Translations under genes and position numbers: made by a program
Shown here: positions 20,725 to 29,696 of the stretch, in pieces
Position numbering within the stretch: position 1 is the stretch's first letter
Layout of the letters: the number at the start of each line of letters is the position of its first letter
NCBI GenBank assembly: GCA_964367745.1
Contig: CAYIYK010000003.1
Coordinates: forward strand, 10,248-74,247
From: an uncultured Candidatus Saccharibacteria bacterium
GTDB lineage: Bacteria; Patescibacteriota; Minisyncoccia; Phycocordibacterales; PALSA-1337
Direction of reading: 5' to 3'
Length of the DNA: 64,000 nucleotides
Notes under the pieces: model-generated
What the model was told of the DNA's origin: nothing
Databases searched by the model: none
The model's input: only the letters and a program-made list of their open reading frames with translations

Positions 20725-22957
20725 ACTTACCTTCTTCTATTTGCTTTATAGCCTCATCTACTTGAGACTTTATAAGTGGGAATCTTTCTTTTGCTTTCTT
20801 TAGAAGTTCAATCGCTTGGTATTCTTGTTTACTCAATAGATAAACATAAGCTAGAGATGAATATACTTCTTGATTGTCTTGATCTTTAGCTAATATCTTC
20901 TTATATATTTCAATAGCTTTATCGTACTGTTTTGACAATACATAAGCATTTATAACTCTTGGATCGCTGAATACTTCGAAATCATCTCCAAATAGCTTCT
21001 TCGCTTTTACTTCTTCACCTGCCGTTATAAGAGCTGTAACGTAAGTAGTCTTGGCGATTGGATTGTCTGTTGCTGATTGATACGCTTTGTCTAATATCTC
21101 AACTGCTTCTTTATTTTTACCGATATTTAGATAGTTGACGGCTAGTTCAAATATTATACTTTGCTTGTTTGGAGAAAGTTCATTTGCTTTTTCAAGTAGT
21201 GGTGTAGCTGTATTAAAATCTCTTATAGTATCATAATAACTTCCACCAATAATATATATTCTTGCATCATTCGGAGTTTTCTTTATTTGATTTTCTATTT
21301 CTTTCTTTGCCAAATCGTAGAATGCAGCCTTTTTATCTTGTTGCATTTGTGGATTTTGTATTACATTTGCTGAACAATTTAATAGTTGCTCAACCGACTC
21401 TTGATTTGCAACTGTCTGTCTTAGTTTGAATATTTTTTCAAATGGTACTACTGATACTGTTTGAGGATTTGAACAAGCTATAAGTGCATTTATAAGTCCT
21501 GTATTCGCTTGTATAGCGCGCACATTCACAAAATACATTGAAGTAATGAATAAGATAACAACAACAGGTACATATACATAATCTCTTACTGTTTCAGCAT
21601 CTTCAGATATTGATTTGCTGTAATTTTTAAATATAAATAAATCTTTATTCTTTCTTAATGAATGAACAAAAGCGAGCAATGTAAAGAACATTACATAACT
21701 TGTTTGATTGTCGAATACGAATACATTGTGTATTGCATATCCTACCAATAGACCGATAAGTATAGATTTTTCACCAATAGTTTTTTCACTTTTAATGATA
21801 AAGATTAGAGAGATTAAATATAGAGCTAGATACGCAACTAATCCTAGTATTCCTCCGGCAACAAACCAATCTAGGAAAACACTGTGTGCTCGATCAAACC
21901 ATTGCTCATGTCTCCACATTTCAGGATTGTAATGTGAATTGAATATATAGTTAAAGTTCTCTTGCCCAACTCCGATAATTGCTGTCTTTGGGCTCTCTGT
22001 AATTCCCTTTATAGCCATAGGCCAAATAAATCTTCTTGCTTGAGTCTTTGTATCTGAAATAGATATAGAAGCCAATCTTCCCAATACTTCATTCTTTTGA
22101 ATCCAACTAGCATTTCTATTGAAATAAAATAGTGTACCGATAACAACTACTAGTAGAATAACTGAACCAGAAACTACTCTACTTATATTTGATTGACCAC
22201 TACTCTTTCTACCAAAAATTGTATAAATAGCACATGAAGCAATAATAGCAATCGTCCAACCTATGATAGTTCCTCGAGTTGCTGTTTGAAACATTATAAA
22301 AGAGAAAAATGCTGCGGCAATAGCATATGAATAGAACAAATGCTTCTTTGCAAAATAACTTATAGCCAAATATCCCGCAATAAATGCATTAAATAACATA
22401 TAAACCGCCATGTATGCAGAGTTACCTAGAGATGCATCGACTCTACTTCCTTGATGTGTTTCTGCCCAACCGAAAAACTGTGTTAGACCGTAAAGTGCAG
22501 TTATAAATCCAGAAACAATTACAACATTGAAAAACTTATGCCAACTCTCTTTTGTCTTAAGTACTGAAGATAGAACCATGAAATAACCCCAAAGGTGTAT
22601 TATCATCAACCAACCTTCCATTCTTTCGAAGTTTGACCAAATACTTCTAAGTGGATTTAGACCAGCTAAGTCAGCAATCAGAGCAATAAGAGTAAATATA
22701 CCTATAGAAATAGATATTGCATTGCATCGCGGAAGAACACTTCTATCTGTTCCGACAACACTAGTGCCTCTTTCTCTGAAAACAAGAATCAGCCATAGAG
22801 CAAAGACAATTTCAACAATTATTCTAAAAGCGAATCCTTTACCAGTGATGAATGGAAAGAATAAAGAATTAACGACGTAAGTTGGGATAAATGGGATTAC
22901 TGCTAAACCGATAATAATTGCGTATTTGATTAAAGTATTTATTGTTGCATTGTTCAT
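20711..22957 (-). CDS. O-antigen ligase-like (Wzy_C) polytopic membrane protein with C-terminal TPR repeats
   Basis: 748 aa. About 12 N-terminal TM helices include a large periplasmic loop typical of Wzy_C/O-antigen ligase/PglL-type proteins. The C-terminal roughly 250 aa are TPR-like (AYVYLLSKQEYQAIELLKKA...). Confidence 0.6.
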   Translation of the reverse strand: MNNATINTLIKYAIIIGLAVIPFIPTYVVNSLFFPFITGKGFAFRIIVEIVFALWLILVFRERGTSVVGTDRSVLPRCNAISISIGIFTLIALIADLAGLNPLRSIWSNFERMEGWLMIIHLWGYFMVLSSVLKTKESWHKFFNVVIVSGFITALYGLTQFFGWAETHQGSRVDASLGNSAYMAVYMLFNAFIAGYLAISYFAKKHLFYSYAIAAAFFSFIMFQTATRGTIIGWTIAIIASCAIYTIFGRKSSGQSNISRVVSGSVILLVVVIGTLFYFNRNASWIQKNEVLGRLASISISDTKTQARRFIWPMAIKGITESPKTAIIGVGQENFNYIFNSHYNPEMWRHEQWFDRAHSVFLDWFVAGGILGLVAYLALYLISLIFIIKSEKTIGEKSILIGLLVGYAIHNVFVFDNQTSYVMFFTLLAFVHSLRKNKDLFIFKNYSKSISEDAETVRDYVYVPVVVILFITSMYFVNVRAIQANTGLINALIACSNPQTVSVVPFEKIFKLRQTVANQESVEQLLNCSANVIQNPQMQQDKKAAFYDLAKKEIENQIKKTPNDARIYIIGGSYYDTIRDFNTATPLLEKANELSPNKQSIIFELAVNYLNIGKNKEAVEILDKAYQSATDNPIAKTTYVTALITAGEEVKAKKLFGDDFEVFSDPRVINAYVLSKQYDKAIEIYKKILAKDQDNQEVYSSLAYVYLLSKQEYQAIELLKKAKERFPLIKSQVDEAIKQIEEGKFRTP

Positions 22958-22992
22958 AATATGGAGATGATATCATATTATGAACATGTTAT

Positions 22993-23940
22993 CTATTGAA
23001 ATTTCTTTAATTTATTGGCTATAAATATATCAGTATCTCTTCTAGATTCATAAGTCATACCTCCTGTATGTGGAGCGATGATTACATTTGAATATTCTTT
23101 TGCAAACTTCACTAATGGATGATTCTTGCAACTATTTTTTGTAAATAGAATCTCACCATCTAGAACGTCAGCTGTATAACCGGCAATCTTTTTTTGCTTT
23201 ATCATAGTCATCAAATCACCTTCATGAACTATTTTGCCTCTTGAAGTATTTATAAGATACGCAGTTTTCTTCATAAGACTCATAGTCTTTTTATTGAAAA
23301 GGAATTCTGTTTCTGGATTCAAATGTACGTGTATAGAAATAAAATCACTTTGTTTTATAAGCTCTTCGAAACTAACTTTTTTCCAATTTAGATTTGATGA
23401 TTCAACTTTTGGATCAGTGAATAGAACTTTCATACCCAAAGCCTCTCCATATCTTGCCATCCATTTTCCAAGTCTACCAAGTCCAACAACTCCCAATGTC
23501 TGACCATTCAGTGAATGCCCTTTGAACTTTTCTCTATTCCATTCCCCCTTTAGAACTGATTGAGTTGAACTAGGAATATGTCTTGAAGAAGATATGAGTA
23601 ATCCCAAAGCTAGTTCAGCAGTGCCAGTAATAGTATTTAGGAAATCATCTTCACCCTTTAGACTTAGAACTTTTATACCCTTTTCCTCAGCGTATTTTAA
23701 ATCGATATGATCCAAACCAGTTGTTGCGGTAACAAGGAACTTTAGATTTTTAGCTTTTGATAGGACTTCACTATTAAAGTTCAATCCCAAACCACAAACT
23801 ACTACATCATATTTTTCTATCTTTTTTAATAGTTCTTGATTTGTAGGTATAACATAATCAACCTTACCTAGAATGTTTAGAATCTTTTTTGCTTCAGGGT
23901 CGAAATCTTTACCGATTGTATTTAGTATTTTGTAGGCCAT
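22993..23940 (-). CDS. D-isomer-specific 2-hydroxyacid dehydrogenase (NAD-binding; glycerate/phosphoglycerate dehydrogenase-like)
   Basis: 315 aa with the NAD-binding motif GVVGLGRLGKWMARYGEALGMKV and the catalytic R/E/H arrangement (HTGGMT). Confidence 0.8.
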   Translation of the reverse strand: MAYKILNTIGKDFDPEAKKILNILGKVDYVIPTNQELLKKIEKYDVVVCGLGLNFNSEVLSKAKNLKFLVTATTGLDHIDLKYAEEKGIKVLSLKGEDDFLNTITGTAELALGLLISSSRHIPSSTQSVLKGEWNREKFKGHSLNGQTLGVVGLGRLGKWMARYGEALGMKVLFTDPKVESSNLNWKKVSFEELIKQSDFISIHVHLNPETEFLFNKKTMSLMKKTAYLINTSRGKIVHEGDLMTMIKQKKIAGYTADVLDGEILFTKNSCKNHPLVKFAKEYSNVIIAPHTGGMTYESRRDTDIFIANKLKKFQ

Positions 23941-23978
23941 TAAGTAATTATCTATAAAATGAAGGAAAAAGCAAATGG

Positions 23979-24422
23979 TTAAACCTTCGGCACCTTTATT
24001 ATAACCAACCTAGCTTTCGTAGAAGTCTTATGTTGATGTGGCTCTCCAGCAGGAATCCATAACCAATCTCCAGGTTTCATCACAACTTCTGTTCCACCCT
24101 TTATTTCTTTTGCTTTCCATTCCCTATCATCTATACTCCCATCAGCATTCTTTTTTACCCAAGGGTCTACCATTTCTCCTCCATAGATAAAGATAACTTC
24201 TCCTTCAAGACAAAACCATAGATCAGCTTCATGCTTGTGTATCTCTGCTTCATTTGAAATATTTATATCCTCCAATATATTCATAGGAACTTTATTCAAA
24301 GCAGAAAAAGCTTTTAGAGGTTCCAAAAGTTTTTTTGTTGGCGTGTCGGCACTAGGACTTGATAGAGTACTATCGATTAAATCTTTACTGATAAAAGCAC
24401 AATTTGATTTATTATTTTCCAT
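23979..24422 (-). CDS. Cupin-domain protein
   Basis: 147 aa. The cupin motifs in EADLWFCLEGEVIFIYGG...PGDWLWIPAGEPHQHK include His/Glu metal ligands. Confidence 0.5.
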   Translation of the reverse strand: MENNKSNCAFISKDLIDSTLSSPSADTPTKKLLEPLKAFSALNKVPMNILEDINISNEAEIHKHEADLWFCLEGEVIFIYGGEMVDPWVKKNADGSIDDREWKAKEIKGGTEVVMKPGDWLWIPAGEPHQHKTSTKARLVIIKVPKV

Positions 24423-24431
24423 TTAATTTAA

Positions 24432-26312
24432 TTAAAATTTAAATCCTTTTTTCTTTAATTCTTTTAACATGTACTCTGTGATAATCCAATCAAGTGGATA
24501 GTCTATATCTATAGATCTCTCTTTTGGTACTATATACCCTGCAATCTTATCTCCATATAACCTCTCTTCTTTCATAATCAAATCTCTTCTCATACAATAT
24601 ATTGCTGCACTTCTCTTGTATGCTACAGGTAGATCTTGTCTTCTTGTACCTTCTACTTCAGGAACAGAATATGCACTGATGAAGTCACCTTCTAATTTTT
24701 TAATCTTAATTGGATTTACATTACTTGGTACTTCAACTATTGATACTGCACTATCTGCTTTTGTATCTATAAGTTTTTGAATTGTTCCATCGATATCGTC
24801 TATAGTTCTAAAAGGTGAAGTTGGCTGAAGAATAACTACATAGTCGATAGTGATATTATTTTTCTTTTCATAAAAATCTATTGCATGTTGCATTACAGGA
24901 AGATGTGGAGTTGAATCTAGAGCCAATTCTTTTGGTCTCATAAAAGGTACATCTGCACCATACTTCTTACACACATCGGCAATCTCTTTGTCATCTGTTG
25001 AAACGATAAGATGATTTATCAATTTACTTTTCTTTGCAGCATCGATTGTATATGCAATAAGAGGTTTATTGCCAAGTTTCTTTATATTCTTACCCGGAAT
25101 ACCTTTTGACCCTCCGCGAGCTGTAATAACGCCAAGGACGTTTGGAGTTCTGTATTCCCTATCTACATGTTCTTCTGTAAGCGGTTCAAATTTCTTTATA
25201 TCTTTTATTATTTTTTTATCCAAAATATCATGGAAAAGATTCGAGAAAATTCCATTTAGATGAAGTCTTGGTCTCATAGCGTAAACCATATCACTCGTGA
25301 TTATTGTTCCAGCTTTAATATCTCTTGAAGCAACGAGTGTTTTGTTGAAATAAGGTCTAAACTTATTTTGTGCACCTTCCAATTCTTTTTCCTTTTGACC
25401 GTAGAAAATATTTGTATCTATTTTCTTATATTCATTTTTCTTAATACCAGAGACCAATTGTTTCATTTCTTCTGGAGTTACTGAAGCTTTATGGTCTGAA
25501 CCCCAAAGGCCTCGGTCTAGAGAAAAGTGTTTCTCTATAACCTGCGCACCCATTTTTACTGCAGCTAAAGGAATAGTATTATCTCCAACTGAATGATCAG
25601 AAAAACCGATGATCGCTTGAGGGTATTTTTCTCTAAAATATTCTATAGTAGAAAGGTTAAAAGCTTCTGGAGGACATGGATATTCACTAACGCAATATAG
25701 AATAATAATTGGTGACCCACGCTTTGTTATATAGTCAACAACGTCATCCAACTCTTTGTGACTAACCATTCCTGTTGAAATGATTATTGGTTTTTGTGTC
25801 TTTGTAATAAAGTCCAAAAGAACATGATCCTGAACATCACCAGAACCTACTTTCCAGAAAGGTACATCTAGATTCTCAAGCTTAACCGCTGCCATTCTAG
25901 ACATCGGAGTTGAGAAGAATATAATTCCCTTTTTTTCTGAATATCTTTTTATCTCTTTGAAGAATTCTATAGGTGCTTCTTCAGTATTTCTTTTAACCCA
26001 AGAATATCTATCACTGCCTTTGAAGTGCGGAGAAACTACATTTATATTTGCTTGTTCATCTTCAACTTCATGAGTTTGAAATTTCACAGCATGTGCACCA
26101 GCTTTTACTGCTTCGTCGATAAGCTTTTTTGCATTTTTAATATAGACTTTTAGAGGTTGAGACTCTTGTGTTTGTATAAAATTCTTACCGATTTCAGCAA
26201 TAACAAAAACTTTATCTTTTGATATGATCTTAGAGATAGCGTGAGGTTTCACTATTTTTGAATTTTTGTTCTTACTGGCTTTAGAAGATTTAACAGACTT
26301 TTTTGTTTTCAT
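24432..26312 (-). CDS. neuBA: Bifunctional nonulosonic (sialic) acid synthase NeuB-like + SAF domain + CMP-nonulosonate cytidylyltransferase NeuA-like
   Basis: The N-terminal roughly 330 aa match NeuB/PseI/LegI: VIAEIGKNF, KFQTH, FFSTPMS, KVGSGD, IIGFSDH, EKHFS, and the SAF segment KTLVASRDIKAGTIITSDM. The C-terminal roughly 230 aa match CTP_transf_3/NeuA (LGVITARGGSKGIPGKNIKKLGNKPLIAYTIDAA). A Lys-rich N-terminal tail is present. Confidence 0.8.
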   Translation of the reverse strand: MKTKKSVKSSKASKNKNSKIVKPHAISKIISKDKVFVIAEIGKNFIQTQESQPLKVYIKNAKKLIDEAVKAGAHAVKFQTHEVEDEQANINVVSPHFKGSDRYSWVKRNTEEAPIEFFKEIKRYSEKKGIIFFSTPMSRMAAVKLENLDVPFWKVGSGDVQDHVLLDFITKTQKPIIISTGMVSHKELDDVVDYITKRGSPIIILYCVSEYPCPPEAFNLSTIEYFREKYPQAIIGFSDHSVGDNTIPLAAVKMGAQVIEKHFSLDRGLWGSDHKASVTPEEMKQLVSGIKKNEYKKIDTNIFYGQKEKELEGAQNKFRPYFNKTLVASRDIKAGTIITSDMVYAMRPRLHLNGIFSNLFHDILDKKIIKDIKKFEPLTEEHVDREYRTPNVLGVITARGGSKGIPGKNIKKLGNKPLIAYTIDAAKKSKLINHLIVSTDDKEIADVCKKYGADVPFMRPKELALDSTPHLPVMQHAIDFYEKKNNITIDYVVILQPTSPFRTIDDIDGTIQKLIDTKADSAVSIVEVPSNVNPIKIKKLEGDFISAYSVPEVEGTRRQDLPVAYKRSAAIYCMRRDLIMKEERLYGDKIAGYIVPKERSIDIDYPLDWIITEYMLKELKKKGFKF

Positions 26313-26348
26313 ATGTTATATCCTATGCTATTTAAAAATTTTTGCAAC

Positions 26349-26380
26349 AAAAAAAATCCACCCAGTAAAACCAGGTGGAA
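26349..26380 (-). terminator. Rho-independent terminator for the GC-rich methyltransferase gene (minus strand)
   Basis: On the minus strand the stem ttccacc...ggtggaa (26357-26380) is followed by T8 (26349-26356). It lies between the methyltransferase stop (26409) and the neuBA start (26312). Confidence 0.55.
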
Positions 26381-26408
26381 ATTGTGTTGAGTGTTCAGTA
26401 CTCGAAGA

Positions 26409-27347
26409 TCAAAGCCTGCGAGCGGTGACCACAACCGACGGGTGGTATGCGGTAAAGTTGAGGAGATTCTGGTCTGCCTCAAAAACGCTACGGATTCCAA
26501 TACCAACAATCTTGAGCTTGTCCTCAATCGGAAGCTTGTCGAGCGGTTCCCAACGGCACCAAGTGGCCCAGGCATTGCGAATGAAATCGACGATTCGACT
26601 CCCAACAACAGGAACGAGGGTTTCATTCACACGGAAGATCTCGAAACCATTTTGCTCGAGAGCAGACTTGAGATCAACAAGCGAGAATGCCTTTGCTTTG
26701 GGTGCCCAGAGATTTTCGCGAGTGAAATCAGGATACTTTGACCGAACATAATTGTAAGCTGCATCGTGCGCAATCCTATAAAGCGGATGCGAGAGTTCGG
26801 TTGTGATCTGATCCGGCCCCGGCTCAGACTTTGACCGGAAATCGTGCAAATTGCACTTCCAATCCGAATAATTGGACGGACCGAAGTCAAAACTGAGAGT
26901 TCCACGAACCTTGAGGCAAGAACTGATTGCTTTCAAGGAAGCATCGAGGGTATCCCGCAAAAGATGAAACATCTGACAACAGACAGCGGCGTCATGAAGA
27001 CCTACAACATGCCGATCCAGAAATTCCGCTTTCATTGTGTAAGCATTCACCCTCGGATTACCCATCAAATTGAGGAGAAGGAAATGCATCATGCTTTCAT
27101 TCGGCTCAACAGCCGAAACGAGCGCCTTCGTCCTCTTGAGAATAACTGCTGTACTGACACCAGTGCCGGCGCCAATCTCCAACACTGAATTGATTCCATT
27201 TTTGTTGGCTTGAATCGCCTCACTAACAACGAATTCAGCCATTTCAGTGTAGTATTTGTCACGACCATTGAAGGCCGAGTATGCTGCGCCGACATTCCCT
27301 TCGAAGAGTTTCGAACCGAGGATTGCACTAACATTACTTGTACTCAT
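26409..27347 (-). CDS. Class I SAM-dependent methyltransferase encoded by a GC-rich (~48% GC) island, probably horizontally acquired
   Basis: 312 aa containing motif I LEIGAGTGVSTAVIL. GC content is sharply elevated relative to flanks of about 30% GC. The high GC produces many spurious overlapping ORFs on both strands in the six-frame track. Confidence 0.7.
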   Translation of the reverse strand: MSTSNVSAILGSKLFEGNVGAAYSAFNGRDKYYTEMAEFVVSEAIQANKNGINSVLEIGAGTGVSTAVILKRTKALVSAVEPNESMMHFLLLNLMGNPRVNAYTMKAEFLDRHVVGLHDAAVCCQMFHLLRDTLDASLKAISSCLKVRGTLSFDFGPSNYSDWKCNLHDFRSKSEPGPDQITTELSHPLYRIAHDAAYNYVRSKYPDFTRENLWAPKAKAFSLVDLKSALEQNGFEIFRVNETLVPVVGSRIVDFIRNAWATWCRWEPLDKLPIEDKLKIVGIGIRSVFEADQNLLNFTAYHPSVVVTARRL

Positions 27348-27523
27348 TTTTTTAAGAACTGCATCATGACTTTATTATCATGATTTTCGTTTAATCTATA
27401 ACATATTATTGTAAATTTAGCAATAGTACGATATTTAAATATTAAACTATAGAAAATAATTGACGTAATACTTTTTTAATGATATTGTATATTAAATTTA
27501 AACAAACAGTTCATTAAAAAAAT

Positions 27524-28477
27524 ATGACAGCAAAAAATGTTGGAAATTGGCAAAAATGGGCCTTCTTGGAAGGAATAACAAGGACCTTATCAAGGACTCT
27601 ACAAAAAGTTGTTGGTTCCGTATCTAACAACTGGGAGAATACCCTACTAGCTGCCGGCATAATCGGTTTTGTTCAAGTTCTGTCAGCTGTAATCATTACA
27701 AGAAAGACGAAAGAAAAACTTCTGTGTGATCCAGCAGGAATCATCGGCTGTTTGATTTTTGGTCTTATAGCTCTAGTATGTACTGTATTAGGCTTCGCAA
27801 CTTTCCTTTATGGAGGAGATATTACTGTTAGTACTTTTATCATTGCCCTGTCCATCATTCCAAGTATGATAATCGACATCGTCTTCTTCAACTACAAATC
27901 TAGTCGTAGAGAATGGATTGGGATTTTTGTGGCGGTTATAGCTGGTTGGGCAGTTCTAGACTTCCCAAACTTAGCTAGCATGCTTAAGTTGCCTATGTGG
28001 GTAGGCCTTTCATTCATCACCATGATCCTTGTGGCAATAAATCAAGGAATCACACAATCAATCAAAGATATTTCCCCGATGTTCAAAAACTTCTGGGGTG
28101 GTATGGTGGCACTAATACTGTCACCAGTTATCATGATCGTGATTGGCAAAGGTGGATTCTTACTCAGTTTCCCAGATAATAAAGTACTATGGTTTACCTC
28201 AGCTATGATTGGGATCATAGTGATAGCCATATGGTCTTTCAACCTTCTGAGCTACAAGGACGGTGCGAGTATCGCATTAAAAAAACTTGTAGTAAGTAGT
28301 ATTTACTTTATCAGTACCACGTTTCTTGGAAGCATCGTATTTAACGAAGCAATGACTGCTGGGAAAATTATTGCAATCCCTCTTTTTATTATTTCATACT
28401 TCCTTATGAGTAAGGAAGCCTACAATTTCGTACTAGCGAAGCGGATACCGAAGTGGATAAAGTGGATATTGAAGTGA
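27524..28477 (+). CDS. Hypothetical polytopic membrane protein (about 9-10 TM; possibly DMT/EamA-like transporter)
   Basis: 317 aa and highly hydrophobic throughout. No catalytic motifs were recognised. Confidence 0.45.
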   Translation: MTAKNVGNWQKWAFLEGITRTLSRTLQKVVGSVSNNWENTLLAAGIIGFVQVLSAVIITRKTKEKLLCDPAGIIGCLIFGLIALVCTVLGFATFLYGGDITVSTFIIALSIIPSMIIDIVFFNYKSSRREWIGIFVAVIAGWAVLDFPNLASMLKLPMWVGLSFITMILVAINQGITQSIKDISPMFKNFWGGMVALILSPVIMIVIGKGGFLLSFPDNKVLWFTSAMIGIIVIAIWSFNLLSYKDGASIALKKLVVSSIYFISTTFLGSIVFNEAMTAGKIIAIPLFIISYFLMSKEAYNFVLAKRIPKWIKWILK

Positions 28478-28507
28478 TGTCTAAGTAAATACAGTAATCT
28501 CTCAAAG

Positions 28508-28540
28508 CCCTCACGTAAAAAGCGTGGGGGTCTTTTTATT
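28508..28540. terminator. Hairpin terminator (ccctcacg-taaaaag-cgtggggg + TCTTTTTATT) between convergent genes
   Basis: An 8 bp stem with one G-U pair is followed by a T-tract. It overlaps the stop of the minus-strand NeuC gene and lies 30 bp after the stop of the plus-strand membrane protein. Confidence 0.5.
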
Positions 28541-29693
28541 CAACAAAAGTCTTTTGAGTATAAAGAGGTACAGTAGCTATAACCTCTGCAATCTTTTTAC
28601 TTGTACCTTCTGCAAAATATAGACTTGATGATTCGTATCTGCCTTTTTTAACTTGTTTCTCTATTGCTTTCTTTATAGCTTTAATATCATGGTCTACAGT
28701 TACTACATTTTCTGCACTCAATCTTTTGAATTGTCTATTACCAATATTCACCACAGGCAAACCCATAAAAGAAGATTCCTTTATTCCAGCTGATGAATTC
28801 CCTATCAAACATAGACTGTTATTCAATAGCCAAATAAAATCCTTTGGACCCATATATCGCATGAAGCGTATTTTATGTCCTTTAACTTCATCTTTAAAAA
28901 TTCGAAGCTCATGTGATATATCTTCTGCACCGGCATCAGCATTTGGCCAAAACCAAAGTGTTGGAATCTTTAGACTATGTACAGCATCAAGGATTTTCTT
29001 TGTATTTTCATGTACATGCTTCACATCCATAATATCAGGATGATACATAACTATTAGATATCCTTTCTTTAGATCAAAAAGGGCCCCACTTCCTGTTTTC
29101 TTTATATCGAATTTATGTTTATTTTTTGCTAATTTTTGTACAACTTCTATTTCTGGACTACCAAAATTGAAAACGTGAGATTCTCTTTCTCCAAGTCTCA
29201 ATACTCTTTTTCTTGCTGGTTCATTTGTTGTAAAGTGAATATGAGAAAGTTTTGTGATAGCGTGTCTTACACTTTCATCTATTGATCCAGATACATCACC
29301 ACCTTCTATGTGTGCGATAGGTATAGATAAATATGCAGCTGCAATTGTAGCTGATAGAACTTCAAATCTATCACCTCTTACCACAACGACATCAGGTTTA
29401 ATCTGATTAAAAAGTGTAGTGAATTCTATTATTCCTAGTCCTGTTGTTTTTGCTTTTACGATTGTATCATTCCCTTCTAGATTGAAATGTAGTTCGTATA
29501 GCTTGTTATATCCGTCTTCCGTCAAAAGTTTTCTTATATCAGCAAGTTTTGAAGTATAACGAGACAATAAAGCTGTACCTCCAACTATTATATGTAGGTC
29601 AATATCCTTTCTTTTCTTTAGTTCTTCTAGAATAAGAAAGTTACGACTATAGTGTATGAAACTTGTAATAACAAAGCAGACTTTTCTCTTCAT
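28536..29693 (-). CDS. neuC: UDP-N-acetylglucosamine 2-epimerase (hydrolysing), NeuC-like
   Basis: 385 aa of the Epimerase_2 family. Motifs VVVRGDRFEVL and AHIEGGDVSGSIDESVRHAITKLSHIHF match. Confidence 0.8.
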   Translation of the reverse strand: MKRKVCFVITSFIHYSRNFLILEELKKRKDIDLHIIVGGTALLSRYTSKLADIRKLLTEDGYNKLYELHFNLEGNDTIVKAKTTGLGIIEFTTLFNQIKPDVVVVRGDRFEVLSATIAAAYLSIPIAHIEGGDVSGSIDESVRHAITKLSHIHFTTNEPARKRVLRLGERESHVFNFGSPEIEVVQKLAKNKHKFDIKKTGSGALFDLKKGYLIVMYHPDIMDVKHVHENTKKILDAVHSLKIPTLWFWPNADAGAEDISHELRIFKDEVKGHKIRFMRYMGPKDFIWLLNNSLCLIGNSSAGIKESSFMGLPVVNIGNRQFKRLSAENVVTVDHDIKAIKKAIEKQVKKGRYESSSLYFAEGTSKKIAEVIATVPLYTQKTFVE

Positions 29694-29696
29694 AGT

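Noticed and set aside
26266-27334. Eight overlapping ORFs on both strands (26266..26751, 26309..26626, 26391..26741, 26627..26905, 26844..27188, 27089..27334)
   Set aside because: They are artefacts of the elevated GC content of the acquired methyltransferase gene, which has few stop codons in any frame. Only 26409..27347 has a SAM-methyltransferase motif and coherent length.
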